A stretch of DNA of 64,000 nucleotides from Phaeosaccion multiseriatum (taxonomy: Eukaryota > Protista > Ochrophyta, other classes), in NCBI GenBank assembly GCA_965112735.1, contig OZ218958.1:1488001-1552000 (forward strand), in the 5' to 3' direction. Shown here piece by piece: positions 33,986 to 46,921 of this stretch; within the stretch, counting starts at the first letter, position 1; the number at the start of each line of letters is the position of its first letter. The notes under the pieces were generated by a model that made no database searches, was not told the origin of the DNA, and was given only the letters and a program-made list of their open reading frames with translations. The translations under genes were made by a program, and so were the position numbers.

Positions 33986-36329
33986 CTAGAACTCGAACGT
34001 CTCGCTGTGTGTATGGAAGGACACCCCATTTCCACAGGCATGTCCCGTGCAGCCCGCTGCCACTGCTTGCATGAAGCGCTGCGGCCCGCACGCCATCACG
34101 GCAACCCTCTTAATGCCCTTGCTGACCTTGTCGGCTCGAGCTCGCTCCCCCTGTAAGGCTAGGAGCGCCTTGGGTGAGGGGCGACCGACGTGCACTGCCA
34201 CCCCGGCGTCGTCCCACACGGCGCCATCCGTTCCTGCCCCTCCTCCTCCTCCTCCTCCTCCTCCTCCTGCTCCTCCTCCTCCTGCTCCTCCTCCTGCTGC
34301 TGCAACTGTGCCAGTAAGGGCCTCGTCCACTCCGTTGTTGGCGATGTTCACCATCTTGAGCAGCGTCGCGGCCTTTTCTGAAACGGCAGCCGCGTCTCCA
34401 TCCTTGGTCACATACACCTCCAAACGGAAGGTGCAGCCACAGCCTGAGCCGAGCTTGTTCACTCTCTGTATCCTGGCCAGGTCGGAGGCGAACCACTGCA
34501 AACACGACACTTGTGGCACCGTCCAATAGAGGGTCACCTCCCGCACGTCGCCTCTGGTGATCTTGCTGCCGGTGGTGTTGGTGTTGGTGGTGATGGTGGT
34601 GGTGGTGGTGGTGGTGGTGGCAGCGCTGTTGTGGTTTTGGGTCCTCTCGGCACGCCCAAGGAGGTCCAGAAAGACGGACATGAGGGGTGTTACTCCTATC
34701 CCGGCACCGAAGAGAGCGATGGAGTCGTGAAGCTCGTACGGGACCGCGGGGTGGCCTGGTGAAGGGGAAGGAGAGAAGGGGGTGGGGGGGGGGGTGAATG
34801 CGGGGGTGGCGGTGGCGCGATCACTTCTCGCCCGTCTCGGTATACACATGGACGACTTTTCTCTCCCTCTCTCTCAACCATCCCCTCTGTAGGTAGGACC
34901 TTGCCCTCACTCTCTCATATATGGGGTCTTTCTTGTTGCATACCATAAGGTCCATTGATGCGGATGGGGTCCCGTTGCGCGCGAAGCAGGACAAGTGCTT
35001 TGGACCAGCCGCCAAGCCCTTTGATGTGGAAGCGGACAATGCCGGACCCGTCTGGAGAGGAGGTTACGGAAATGGGATGCCACTCCAGCCACGAGATGCT
35101 CGGGAAGTTGAGGAAGGCGTAACTGCCCGCCTCGTAACCGTGCACACGGTCGGCGGCTGACCACTTTGCTTCGAGCACAACCACGTCGTCGTCAAGCACC
35201 ATCACACGCTGATAGGATGGGGCACAAGTGGGACGCAGGGCGTTGAGGGAGGGCGCAATTGTGGGAGCGTGAGTGAACACAAAGTAAAAGAATTAAGCTC
35301 TATACACAGCTGCAGGGAAGATGCAGCACGTGGAAAGAGTGAAGGCAAAAACGCATTACATTTGCCACCACTGCCCCTCCTCCTCACCTCAATAGAAGCC
35401 GAGGTGTGTGCCCTGATGAAGCGAATGACACAGTCAATGGCCAGCAGAACCACACTGAAGGCTACGGCACTAGCCGTCTGCCCGGTATGGAGCACAGCCA
35501 GGATGACAAAGAGCCAAGTGAGGACAAGGTGGGAGATGTAGAACAGCTCGAAGAAGAGTCTTCGCACGGGCGGGATGGCGAGGAGGAAGAAGCCAATGTA
35601 CACTGTGGGAGCGGATGCGTATATGAGGATCGAGGGCAGAAGACAGGGGGCAGGGGGCGGGCGGTGGGTCAGGATGCGCTGAGCCAGCAAAGCACAGAGG
35701 AGGCCGCGATACAGCCCAACAGGAGAGCTCCCACCCGCCACTGCTGCTCTACGTAGCCTGCTACACAGCAGACAACCACATCCCTTACCGATGAGTGCGG
35801 CGTTGCCCGTAAGGTAGTACTCGCCGTCGAAGGAGAGGCTGAACCAACCCTCGTTGTGGTAGTGAGCATGATAGAAAAGTGGAAAGGCCATGGCCATACC
35901 CAGCCATCTGTGGAATTTGAGGAGCCTCTCGTAGCTGCAGCCGAAGAGCACAGTGAGGATGTTGTTTCGGGCCGCCAGGAGGAGCACAAGTGCCATGAAT
36001 CGTGTGGTGACCCCCCCGTAGCCGAGGTCGTCGTCGTCCCCAGAGTCCGAGTCCATCCGTCGTCTCCTGCTGTCGTCTCCACCACTATCATCTCCGCTGT
36101 CCCCACTATCGCCATCGCCTCCTCCTCCAGTCAGCAGTAGAGCGGCGAGGATGAGCGTGGTGAGGAGAGCTTCTGCCAGAGTCGCCGAGAAGCCTCCCGT
36201 GAAGGGGATGCGAAGAGGCCGATGCATCCAGGTGAGATCATTGAGAACCGAAAGGGCCTTGTCGCGAGGAAGAGAGCATGACGCTCCAGAGTAGTGCCCC
36301 GCCTCCGTTCCCTGATGAACTGAAGCCAT
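33986..36329 (-). CDS. Ferric reductase / NADPH-oxidase family flavocytochrome
   Basis: Heme-ligand motifs FHRWLG..YHAHYH and FYISHL..LHT; FAD motif EWHPISVTSSP; INGPYG; NADPH motif LFGAGIGVTP; VMACGP; terminal HSETFEF. Four exons; an additional upstream exon is possible. Confidence 0.9.
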
Positions 36330-37848
36330 TTGTCTTGTAAGAAGGAGAGAAGAGAGAAATGTCAAAGAGATTGTGGTGGCCTAACCCACCCAGGCCCCCC
36401 CCCCCCCCCCGAGCCGCCAAAAAATTACTTTTATTGGTGAGGAAAGATCCGTAACGCCAGAAAACAGGAAATTTCCTGGCAGGAATATGGTTTCCCCCCC
36501 CCCCCCTAGAGCTCTCTTCTTTCTTCTCTAACTCTCCGTCAGGGCTCTCTCCTTTCTCCTCTAACTCTGTCGAGCCCGTCGCTGATCCCGGGCGGCTGGC
36601 TGCCCTACTACTCTCGCCCCTTGCTTGGTCTGCCAAGCGGTCTCAGCCAGCCAGTAGCTAGACACCTTCTTGGCTGGTGCTTGTGCAACGTGCAACGGCT
36701 TCTTCTCTGCACGCCTTGGCAGTGTTGGTGCGGCTTCTCCTTCCTCTGCCCTGTGCCCTTTGCCCTTGCCTCACCACCCCCGTCACCCCCCTCTATGGGA
36801 GTATGGGCCTTGCTTGCTTGAGTGAGGGCTAAGTAGCTACGCGTCCCACGTCACGTGCCTGCAGGACGAGAGAGAGAGGACTCCGAGCGGACGTGTGGTC
36901 GCAGGGGGTGGGGGCGCACCTCATCACAGCCTCAACGTGTGCCTGAAGGAGGAGGGGCATCCTGACTGGCGAAATGCAGAGGGTTCTCCTGAACTGTGTG
37001 GGCGTTTGTGGAAGCAGTGGCTTAGCAAGGAGGCAGGTCTCAGCCAGTCCATGGCTGGCTTGGCTCTAGGCCGCTAGGCCTTCGGCCGATCTGGGTCTAG
37101 GCCGGCGGCCTCCGGCCGCTCTAAGTCGCTCACTTTCCAGTCCTAGGCGGCCTCTAGCCCGCCTCTAGGCAGCCTCTAGGCAGCGTCCCCGTGACCGCGG
37201 GCGCGTGCGTGAGGCCGCCCAGCCACTGGCAGCAGCAAAACCTGGCTGTAGTTAGGCATGCACTCCTCGCTGGGCAGGCGAGGGGGAAAGACACAACACA
37301 GACTTGTGTACGCTGCGTAGATACTCCGGGCTGGACGGCTTCAAAGCGCTGCAGGTCGACGACGATGACGCAGACAGGATGGATCGGGATTTGAAGGTCG
37401 AAAGAGAGTGGAGAGACCGCAAAAGCACGCAAACCACACACACGTCAGCAGCACTCAACAGCAACACCACCAACAACGGTACGTATGTACGTGCATGTGA
37501 GAGAAACCCAGGGTACCCACGCGCACACCCACATACCACCCACCCACCCATCCATCCATCCCGACATCGAGCTGAAACTAGTCCTACCGATCCTACCGTT
37601 ACACATATGTCAAGGATCTCATGGGACGCGTATGTTGTCTGTAGGATAGATACAAGTTCAAGTACGCATGTAGCGTTACACAATTAGTCAGAGAGTCACC
37701 CAGCCAGTTCGGTCCTGTATGTATGTATTGCCACGGGGAGTCTCATCAGCATTGGTTTCAGTTTGTCTTAACTCTACAATTCACTCTTCTATCCGCTGAG
37801 TATTCCTCGTCTATCGTATCTTCTTTTTGTATCTTCTTGGACATCGAT

Positions 37849-37948
37849 CGCTGGCGCTATCTCTCTCTCGGTTCATCACTAAAACACGTTTGTAAACGAC
37901 GTACTGAACGCGTTGTAGTGATGAACCGAGAGAGAGATAGCACCAGCG
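37849..37948. repeat. 100-nt foldback (pre-miRNA-like or MITE)
   Basis: 33-bp arms 37849-37881 and 37916-37948 with one mismatch; the stem extends to about 42 bp with two more mismatches. Confidence 0.8.
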
Positions 37949-37991
37949 GAACGGGACCCTCGCCTACGAGCCCCTGCCCCCTGGCTAGCGC

Positions 37992-38097
37992 GCGATCGGC
38001 ACGCGTTGGGTCTTCGCACTCAAGATAGACAAGGAGGGCAACATCCTCAAATACAAGGCCCGGTTTGTCGCTCAGGGCAACCAGCAGCTCGACGGCG
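37992..38097 (+). mobile_element. Ty1/copia reverse transcriptase N-terminal remnant
   Basis: Reads AIGTRWVFALKIDKEGNILKYKARFVAQGNQQLDG, matching the copia RT motif WVF.....G...YKARLVAQG; the match stops there. Confidence 0.85.
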
Positions 38098-38314
38098 ACG
38101 CACCCTTGGAGCTCGACAGCAACATACCCCGGAGCAGTGACGACAGCAACAGCAGCGGACCCCGGAGCAGCGGCACCAGCAGCGACGACGCCACCAGCCA
38201 TTACGACGACAGCGGCGATGACAGTAGCAGCCCCAGTGGCCACGTCGTCCCGCCTCCTGCCCGTCGCATCCACCCACACACCCACCAAACACAGACACAC
38301 ACACATGGAGGCCG

Positions 38315-38421
38315 AGGAGAAGGAGGAGTGCTGAATGCGAGTCACTTCGGCGTTGCACAACTTGTTGTGAGGAGAAGGAGGAGTGCTGAATGCGAGTCAC
38401 TTCGGCGTTGCACAACTTGTT
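38315..38421. repeat. Two-copy ~55-bp direct repeat
   Basis: GGAGAAGGAGGAGTGCTGAATGCGAGTCACTTCGGCGTTGCACAACTTGTT occurs twice. Confidence 0.85.
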
Positions 38422-38757
38422 CCACACCAAAAGGCCTCTGGCGCTCGAGGCAATGGCCTGACACTGAGGGCACCGTCGCTTTCTCCCATGCACTTATGAA
38501 GGAGCACATAGCCGCTGCCTCTTTGTTGTTGTTGCTGGGGGGGGGGGGGGCGGGGGGGGGGCACACAAGGGATAGGGGAGAAGGAGAGGCAGGGGGCGGG
38601 GGATGGAGGAGGGAAGGGGGAATGGGTGGGAGATGGTGGAAGTACGAGAGACAGAAAGGGAGAGAGATGGAAACAGGCAAGCGAGAGACACACAGGAGAG
38701 AGGCGGAGAATATAAGAAGGGCACATCTAGTGACGGAAAGTCTCCCATTCGTATGCG

Positions 38758-38821
<64 letters not shown>

Positions 38822-39838
38822 CTTGTCAAGAGGTGTACGTCCCCCCTCGCTCCCCTCAAACTTTCTCGACGCCTGCAACTCCGCACGCACATGGGAAGAA
38901 GCCGGGCGCTTGCCAGTAAGAAAGGGCCTCCCTCACCTCATTGTTAGTCCTGGCTGTGCAGTCACGTACCCGCTACTGCCGGACTGCTCATACAATCGCC
39001 ACTTCCCGCCCGCACTCCCATGGCTACAACTGTACAACTGTAGCCTAGTAGTCCAAGGAAAGGATAGGCAAGGCGAGGCGAGGCGAGAGATGGGGGCCTC
39101 GCGTTAGCACACACGAGTTTGGTGTCCGAGTAGACATTGGAGGCCGTGCTTGGTCTTGAGCTGCAGGTCCTGGGCCTGCATGATCTGAGGGCGAGGCAGT
39201 CCCCCTCAGGTAGCATCGCCCGGATAACTTGGAAGCCGGCCAAGATATCTTTCTACTTGCTCAGTCGCCGCCCCGCTTTGCGCGGAGGGGCATGCCGGTC
39301 CTGGCGCGAGTAGATTCTCCCCTGTTCGGTGGGAATATTGAAACCGATCCCCTTCATCAGTCTTGATAGGCCATCATAAGCCCCAAAAATCGGGTCGCAA
39401 ATATCCAGAGGTCCCTCTGGTCTAAGGGTTATGATTCATCTTTAGGGTTCGCATGAAGCACTAAGTTAGATGAGGTTCCGTGTTCGAGTCACGGGAGGGA
39501 TCTTGTTTTTTTTTTTTTGGCGTCCCGCGTTGTTTCCGCGCTGTCATGTACGGAGGCGCTCAGATGCGTATGTACCGACCGGGGTGCCTTGTATTATATT
39601 CACTCCCACGCCCCTCAGCCCCCGGGGGTTGAGCCACTCTATGTATGGAGTCGCCAGATGATGTTAACCCAAGCCTCCTTGTCTCCATCCACCACCTGCG
39701 ACTGATCGTGCATACAGGAGGGGCCAACTCCAGATGACGACTACAGACCTTTCCAACATGTGTACCACCTTTGAGACTCCACAGGTGGTCGTATCCTTTG
39801 TTGTGTGGGTGTATTAGTCGATATTAGCTTCCTTTTCA

Positions 39839-39887
<49 letters not shown>

Positions 39888-40006
39888 TATCTATCCTGTT
39901 GAGCTGGCTGATTCCTAGGCCGTGTCTGCTGCGCAGAGGCTCTCTCTTGTGGAAAGTCGTGCTATCCACCTCCACGGAAACGGACTAGACACACAGAGAA
40001 GGTGGC

Positions 40007-40140
40007 AGCACCCCAAAGCTAGCCTTGACAGCCAGCCTTGTATCTATTAGCTTATCTATGCACTGACTGTCCTAAACGACCACCTGCAGGAGGACAGTGA
40101 GAAATATTTCTCACTGCATTGCCTAGGCCTGGGCCATGAA
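40007..40140. mobile_element. Diverged fragment of the TGTTGAAAGTC-terminated repeat family
   Basis: Aligns by eye to 41705-41850 (CCCCAAAGC.AGCCT..CAGCCAGCCTTGT.TCTATTAGCT...GCCT.GGCCTGGGCCA). Confidence 0.7.
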
Positions 40141-40208
40141 CGCGTTGGTCTTGTCGACCCCTATCGCCCACATTCTCGATAGCGGATAGCGGATAGCGCG
40201 TCAGGGGT

Positions 40209-40336
40209 TGAGTCTTGCGGCGTGCCTGGCCACTACGCCATCGGCTGCAACATGGTGCCGGCGTCCTCACACACACGAGGACGCCGGCACCATGTTGCAG
40301 CCAATTGCGTAGTGGCCAGGCACGCCGCAAGACTCA
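40209..40336. repeat. 128-nt near-perfect hairpin
   Basis: 60-bp arms 40209-40268 and 40277-40336 with two mismatches; loop ACACACAC. Confidence 0.9.
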
Positions 40337-41140
40337 CCTGCCGCAAGATCAGCACGCGTCCGACCGGAGAGGGTGAGTACTGGGCACGACAGAACCCACC
40401 ACCTTCCGCTCCACCTCCGTGGCCGGCCCACCCTCGAGCTCCATGCCGTTGATGCTGGGCCCCGAGGCGGCTGACACCCGCCGGCCCGCCCGCGTGACGG
40501 AGGACGGTGGACCCGTTTCCCGCACCACACGTCAACGCATTCCGAGCCATATGCCACGAGCCGCCACACTTGCCCTGGAAGGCCTCCACAAACGCCTGCC
40601 ACTCCTACACCTCCCCGCGCCGCAGACGGTCGGACCACTTCGTCATGAGGGCATGGAGACCATCCGCCGGCCTTGTGCCCTCCGATAGGGGCTGCGTTTC
40701 GCAGGCACAGAGGTACTGGCGAAAGGCCTCCAACACCACACCCACCAACACCCCTCTGCCGGGAAAGGCTGACCCGTCACCCGCTCCAGCATGGCCTGCA
40801 AATCCATCAGCGCAAAAAAAATACCCAGCGACACCTTCCGAGCATCGGGGAAGGAGCCCGCTTCCGCAAACGAGAAGGCCAGACTCGCTTGCAGGGCGCA
40901 CCCCCCCGGAAGGGGCACTTGCACCACCTGGAGAAACGCCAGAGCCAGGCGCCGGAAGGTCGCGGCCGGAAAGCCGCTGGCAACTGATCGGCCGCCTGGA
41001 GCAGCTGCTACGCCTGACTGCCGCAAGAGGGGCCGTGATCAACTGTGCGATGTACGGCTCCATCCCCACCACCGTCGCCGTCCCGATCAACATCCCCCGC
41101 TGCAGCTCCATGTTAGAAGTGCAGGGATGGCTGACGGGGA

Positions 41141-41870
41141 TGTTGAAAGTCAGTATTATGTCAATGGCCCAGGCCCAGGCAAATACGGTGAGAAACGGTG
41201 CGTGGCCCGTTTCTCACTCACCTCCCAGCAGGTTGGTCGTTTAGGATGGCTCAGGGATAAAGCTAATAGAGACAAGGCTGGCTGCCAGGCTGGCTTTGGG
41301 GTTGCTATTACCTTGTCCATGCGGCTACTCCTATCCTAGGTGGAGAGCAACGTGACTCTTTACAACCCCATTCAATCGTACACATGCGTGTCGTCGATTC
41401 TAGACAGGTCCGCTGGAGGCACTGTAAACTGTTGTTGTCTTGGTAGCCCCGATGGAAGGGGGATATTGAAGAAGACGCCGAGCTTGCCACTGCACCTTGT
41501 TACAGGCAAGCTCAGGTGCAGTGGCAAGCTCGGCGTCTTCTTCAATATCCCCCTTCCATCGGGGCCACCAAGACAACAACAGTTTACAGTCCCTCCAGCG
41601 GACCTGTCTAGAATCGACGACACGCATGTGTACGATTGAATGGGGTTGTAAAGAGTCACGTTGCTCTCCACCTAGGATAGGAGTAGCCGCATGGACAAGG
41701 TAATAGCAACCCCAAAGCCAGCCTGGCAGCCAGCCTTGTCTCTATTAGCTTTATCCGTGAGCCATCCTATACGACCAACCTGCTGGGAGGTGAGTGAGAA
41801 ACGGGCCACGCACCGTTTCTCACCGTATTTGCCTGGGCCTGGGCCATTGACATAATACTGACTTTCAACA
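41141..41870. mobile_element. 730-bp foldback element with TGTTGAAAGTC...GACTTTCAACA termini
   Basis: Arms 41141-41497 and 41514-41870 (~357 bp, about four mismatches seen), 16-nt loop; same termini as the 77-bp element at 53121. Confidence 0.8.
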
Positions 41871-43023
41871 TCCACCAGGAAGGAGAGCATCGTCCACAAG
41901 TCCGCACTCAACTTGCCCCCGTCCGCCAGGGGCGGCAGAGCCGACGTGTCGAGGGAGCGCATCAGCGTGACCGAAGCGGAGGGCGGAGTGGACTGGAGGG
42001 GAAGGGCAAGGGGCTGAGGAAGGGGCTGGTGCGGCTGCAGCGGCTGCTGGGGAGGCTGCTGTTCCTGGAGCAGACGCTGCTGCTGTGCAAAGAAGAAGTG
42101 CTGCTGCCGTGCAAGGAGCTCCTCTGCAGCAACGCGTCGTTGGGCCTCCTCCTCACAGGCCAGCCGCGAAGAAGCCAAAACCGACCGCAGAGACGCCAAT
42201 TCCCCACCCATCTGCGCGGTTACCTGCTCCTCCGCTTGACGAGTGGCCGCTTCCGAGGCAAACTCCTCCCCATGCCGGCCGCCGCCGCCACCGCTGCCGG
42301 CTCTGCCAAAGTCTGGGCCGCCTCCAAAGCCAGTTCCGCCTCAGCCGACTTGCGTTCCTCAACACCCTCCTCCACACCCACCCCTCCCAGCCCAGGGGCA
42401 GGGGAGGCACCAAAAATGCGGAAGCGATGAAAAACACTCATGCTGGGAAAACTGCCCGCCCCCCGCTGAGGAGCCGCCGGGGGATCCGGGGTGACCGGCA
42501 CCGGGGACACAGGGCGAGATGCAGGAGCCTCCAGCGCCACAGCATCGGCCGATTGAGGCGCTCCCTCGGGCTGCACGGGAACCTGATCGCCAAAAAACAT
42601 GCTGCCGCTGTGCAAGCAGCTCCCGAAGGAGGGGGACGCTACGAACCGCCGCGGCCGCTGCTGCAACTGATGCCAAGACTACATGGAACCACGGCCACCA
42701 CAGCTATCACGGCGCTGCTGCAGCCCACGAGGCACCACGTGCTATGCTCTGCTGCTACGATATCTTTTTGTTCTGTTTTGTTTTTGCGGTGGCCAAGAGT
42801 CCCCGTCGATTTGTGACTTCTACTCTTTGCACTCTGGGCATTCCCACCGTCCGCCTAGTTGGCGTCTGCCCTAGGCCGCGGGCCTCCGGCCATGCGCCTT
42901 TTTTGCGCTCAATCGAAGTGTACGTCCACTGCCATCTCTATCCTTTGTTTTCGTGACCGACTTTGAGAGAGGGAAGGGCGCTGCTTGGGCGCTGTGACAG
43001 GAGGAAGAAGAGGAGGTGAAGCT

Positions 43024-46000
43024 ATGATGGCAATGCGGATGTTAGGAGAGGGGTGGCTGCATGCGCCTTTGCAAGAGGCCGCAGAACCCCAGCAGTACTT
43101 TGTCCGATGCCTGGGACAGACCGTGTGCCTCAGTGTCACGGCTGCTGCTGCTGCTTCTAACCATGGGGGGGCTTGTGGGGTTAGCAGCAGGGACTGCGAG
43201 TTTGAGAAGCAGCAGGTGAACGAGCGACCGTCGCTCCCGACTGCGCAGGACGTCCTGGAGCAGGCCCTCTGTCGCTTGTTGTTCTCCCTGTCTCCGCCTG
43301 GAGGGGGGCACCTGAAGAACGAGGCGGTAGACGAGGCATCCGTGCGGCGGCTACTTGCGCAATGCCGCCTCATGCACGGTAGTACCTTTCTGAAGCCGGG
43401 CGACGTTGCCCCCACCGCTCCTTCCACCCTGTCCGTGTGGATGGGAGGCCTAAAGGGTGGTAAGGGAGGCTTTGGTGCCATGCTGCGGCAACAGGCCAAG
43501 AAGGCCGGGCTCAAACCCACGCGGAACTTCGGCGCCTGCAGAGACTTGCAGGGAAGGAGGCTGAGGCATGTCAACGACGCCATTGCGCTGCAAAAGTGGC
43601 AGGAGCAGCAAAAGGAAGAGGAGAAGGCCAAGCGGAGGAAGGGCCAGGGGGGGGGCGAGAACGACAACAGGAAGGGGAACCGGGCTCGCATGGATATTGA
43701 TGATGAGGACGACGAGGGAAAGCAAGAGCAGACTCCCACGGGCATCGCCAACTGGTACCTGGGCGTGCCCTCCTGGGCAGAGGGAGCCATTGTAAAGAAG
43801 AGCAAGCGCAAGTCCGATGCAATGATGAAGATCTGCTGGGATTGGAAGGCGGCCAGGGAAGGGGGAAGGAAGCCGCCCGAGGGTGAGTGAGCTTGGTGGA
43901 TGGATGGGTGGCATGGCCAAAGGAGAATGGGAGCAAAGATAAGGGGTGAGGGGGGGAGCAAGACGGGTAGGTGTGTAGCTGGAAAGACAAACGCCCAACT
44001 TCCCAAAGCAACAGTCTCTACACCTCTATATTTGATGGATGGATGGATGGCTGTACACTCTACCCACCCTCACACTCATTCACACTGAACGTTTCCCCCC
44101 TCACCCGCTCCTCTCTCGTCTCACATCCCGCTCTGTTCTCTCATCTCTCCCCCCCCCTCCATCCTCTTTCTCTCCCCCCCTCTCCTTCCTTCTCTCTTCA
44201 CCCCTCTCCCTCTCCTTCCTTCTCTCTTCACCCCCCTCCCTTTTCTTCCTTCTATCTCTCTCTTCACCCCCCTCCCTCTCCTTTCTCTCTTCACCCCTCT
44301 CCCCTCTCCTTCCTTCCCTCTCTTCCTTGTCCCCTCTCCCTCTAGGTGCTCCCCCATGGTGGGGCTGCCCTCGCGGCAGGCACTGTGAGTATGCTCACGG
44401 TGAGGAATTCCTCAAGCCTAAGGCTCTACACGCTCTCAAGGAGGAGCAGAGGGGCGAGAAGACTCAGCTCAAGCGCAAGCAGGTATTGTCCTCCTCCTCC
44501 TCCTCCTCCTCCTCCTCCTCCTCCTCCTCCTCCTCCTCCTCCCCCTCCCCCTCCTCCTCCTCCTCCTCCTCCTCCTGCCCCTCCTCCTCCTCCTCCTCCT
44601 CCTCCTCAGCCCCCCCTCCCTCTTCGTCTCTCCCCCCCCCCCCAATCCTTCTCCTTCTCCTTCTCCTCCTCCTCCTCCTCCTCCCCCTCCTCCTGCAGGC
44701 GGACATGTACGTGGCTGGCAGCAGTGCCGAGGAGGTGACGAGAGACATGGGTGCCGCGGTTATGCAGGGGCTTGCTGCAGCAGAGGCCAACAAGAAGAGA
44801 AAGGTAAGAGAGGGGAGGGGAGGGTGGGAGGGAGCCGCCGGGGGTGGCCGTAGACACATTGGTATATCACACACGTCCTCCTTGATGTAGAGCGACGCAG
44901 AGTCGGATCTGAAACGTTACCTTCCTTTTGAGGCAAAGCGACATAGGGCGAGGCAATGGCTGATACGTCTCCGATATGTCTCCTCCCCCTTCTTGCGCTT
45001 GTTGCATTGCATGTGGCTGCCCCCCCCCTCCCCCCCCATACGTGTGTGTGTGTGTGCGTGCCGTGCGTGCGTGCGTGCGTGCGTGCGTGTCGTGTCGTGT
45101 CGTGTTTACTCAGGTGGAGAGAGACGATGCCCAGCTGGCCCAACTGCTGCCTGTGGACCTTCAGAACAGCGGCAGGCTGGAGCTGAGGTGGGCGGCCTGC
45201 AGCTGGCTGGGGCTGCTCGCAGGGGATATCGAGCTCGAGGCTGATGGGAGGTACGAGGACCTGGATGAGAGCTGAGCTTGCTTACCTTGGCTTGCTTACT
45301 TGCTTCGTTTGCTGCTCCATATGCCTAGACAGAGCACAGAGTCATGTTTTTCTCTCCCCCTATCCCTCTTGTTCTCTCTTCCCCTCTCTTATGCTCCTCT
45401 CGATCTCTTTCTCTTGTCGTCTCTCTCTCTCACCCCATGTATCTCCTCTCTCTTGCTCCCCTCCCTCTCTCTCTTTGTCTCTCCCCTCCATCCTTTGCCT
45501 TGTTTTACTCTTGGTTTCAAATCAAAAGAGTGGAGGGGAGGAGCCAGTTCGGAAGTGCGTGCGTGCTCGGCCTCACCCTGCAGCGCGGCAAGTGGTACTA
45601 CGAAGTGACTCTGCTCACAAATGGCATCATCCAGATGGGCTGGGCCGACCAAGCCTTCAGGGGCAATCAGGAAAATGGAGACGGGATTGGTGATGACACT
45701 CACTCGTGGGCCTTTGATGGGACGAGGGGAAAGTGCTGGAATGGAGAAGCCAAGGACTATGGAGGAGGAGGAGGAGGAGGAGGGTGGAAGGAGAATGACG
45801 TGATTGGGTGTCTGTTGGATCTTGATGGCAATAAGAACGGGGAGGGAGAAATGTCATTTACGCTCAATGGAAAGAGTATGGGCACGGCCTTCACCTTTGC
45901 CCTGCCCGAGCTAGGAGGAGACGGAGCAGCAGGTGGAGGAGGAGGCGGCGTGACAGACTTGGCCGCCACAGCCGCCGCCGCTGCCGTTGCAGCAGCCACT

Positions 46001-46591
46001 GCGGGCAAAGGCAAGGGAGCCAAAGCCAAGGGCAAGGGCAAGGACAAGGGCAAGGCGGGGGCAGGGGTGAGTGCACGGGACCAAGGCGGGGCGGCGGGTG
46101 CGGCAGTAGCAGCGGCAGCGGCTGGCCAGGAAAACACCACCGGCCGTGGGGGTAGTGCTGCCGTCTCCAGCCTTGCAAACGACTATGCTGGTGCTGCTGC
46201 TGCTGTTCCCTCGGGCTTATTCCCGGCCTTTTCGCTGGAGTTTGGCGAAGCGGCCATGGTCAACATTGGCCACCTGCCCTTCGTATGCGGCGGGGGTGGG
46301 GCTCCTCCTGAGGGCTTTCTGGCGGTATCCGAGGCGCTGAGCCCAGCGTTTGCAAGGGCTTCCAGAGAGGAGCTGACGCGATATAGGGACGAGATTCAGA
46401 CCAAGCTGGAGGCAGAGCTCGAGGCGGAGGCGAGGCTGAAGAGTCTGGCGGAGGCAAGGGTAAGGGCAGGAGCAGAGGGAGCGGCAGAGGGACGCACAGT
46501 GGTAGTGGAGGAGGAGGAGGAGGAGGAGGAGGAGGAGGGGCGGGGGAAGAGCAAGAGCAAGGGCAAGGGCAAGGCGCCTACGGCGGGGGGT

Positions 46592-46622
<31 letters not shown>

Positions 46623-46921
46623 GGGCGGTCAGGGGGAAGGGCAAGGGTAAGGAGGCAGAGAAGGAGAAGGAGAAGGAGAAGGAGCAGGAGGAGGAGAAGG
46701 AGCCACAGGCACCACTCAAGGGCCCCAACCCGGACTTCGAACTGTCTCTGTACGAGACTGCGTCCTCTATGCGCGAGGCGGAGGGAGATGCTGCGGTGAA
46801 GGGAGCGCTCATCAAGAGAGGGATCAAGAGTGGAGGCACCCCTTACGAGAGGGCGGCTCGCTTGCTTTCTCTCAAGGGCTTGGAGCCCGGTCAGTACCCC
46901 AAAAAGCTCTTGAGTAAATGA
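43024..46921 (+). CDS. SDE2: SDE2 homologue with inserted CCCH zinc finger and SPRY domain
   Basis: Ubl cleavage motif LKGG|KGGFGAMLR and NFGACRDLQGRRLRHVN; CCCH CWDW...GCPRGRHCEYAHG; SPRY GKWYYEV..QMGWA..GIGDD..SWAFDG..DVIGCLLD..FPAFSL; C-terminal VKGALIKRGIKSGGTPYERAARLLSLKG. Five exons. Confidence 0.88.

Noticed and set aside
40500-42700. ORFs flanking the large foldback (possible gag-like remnant)
   Set aside because: No recognisable motif, and the two sides do not join into an open frame when the element is removed.
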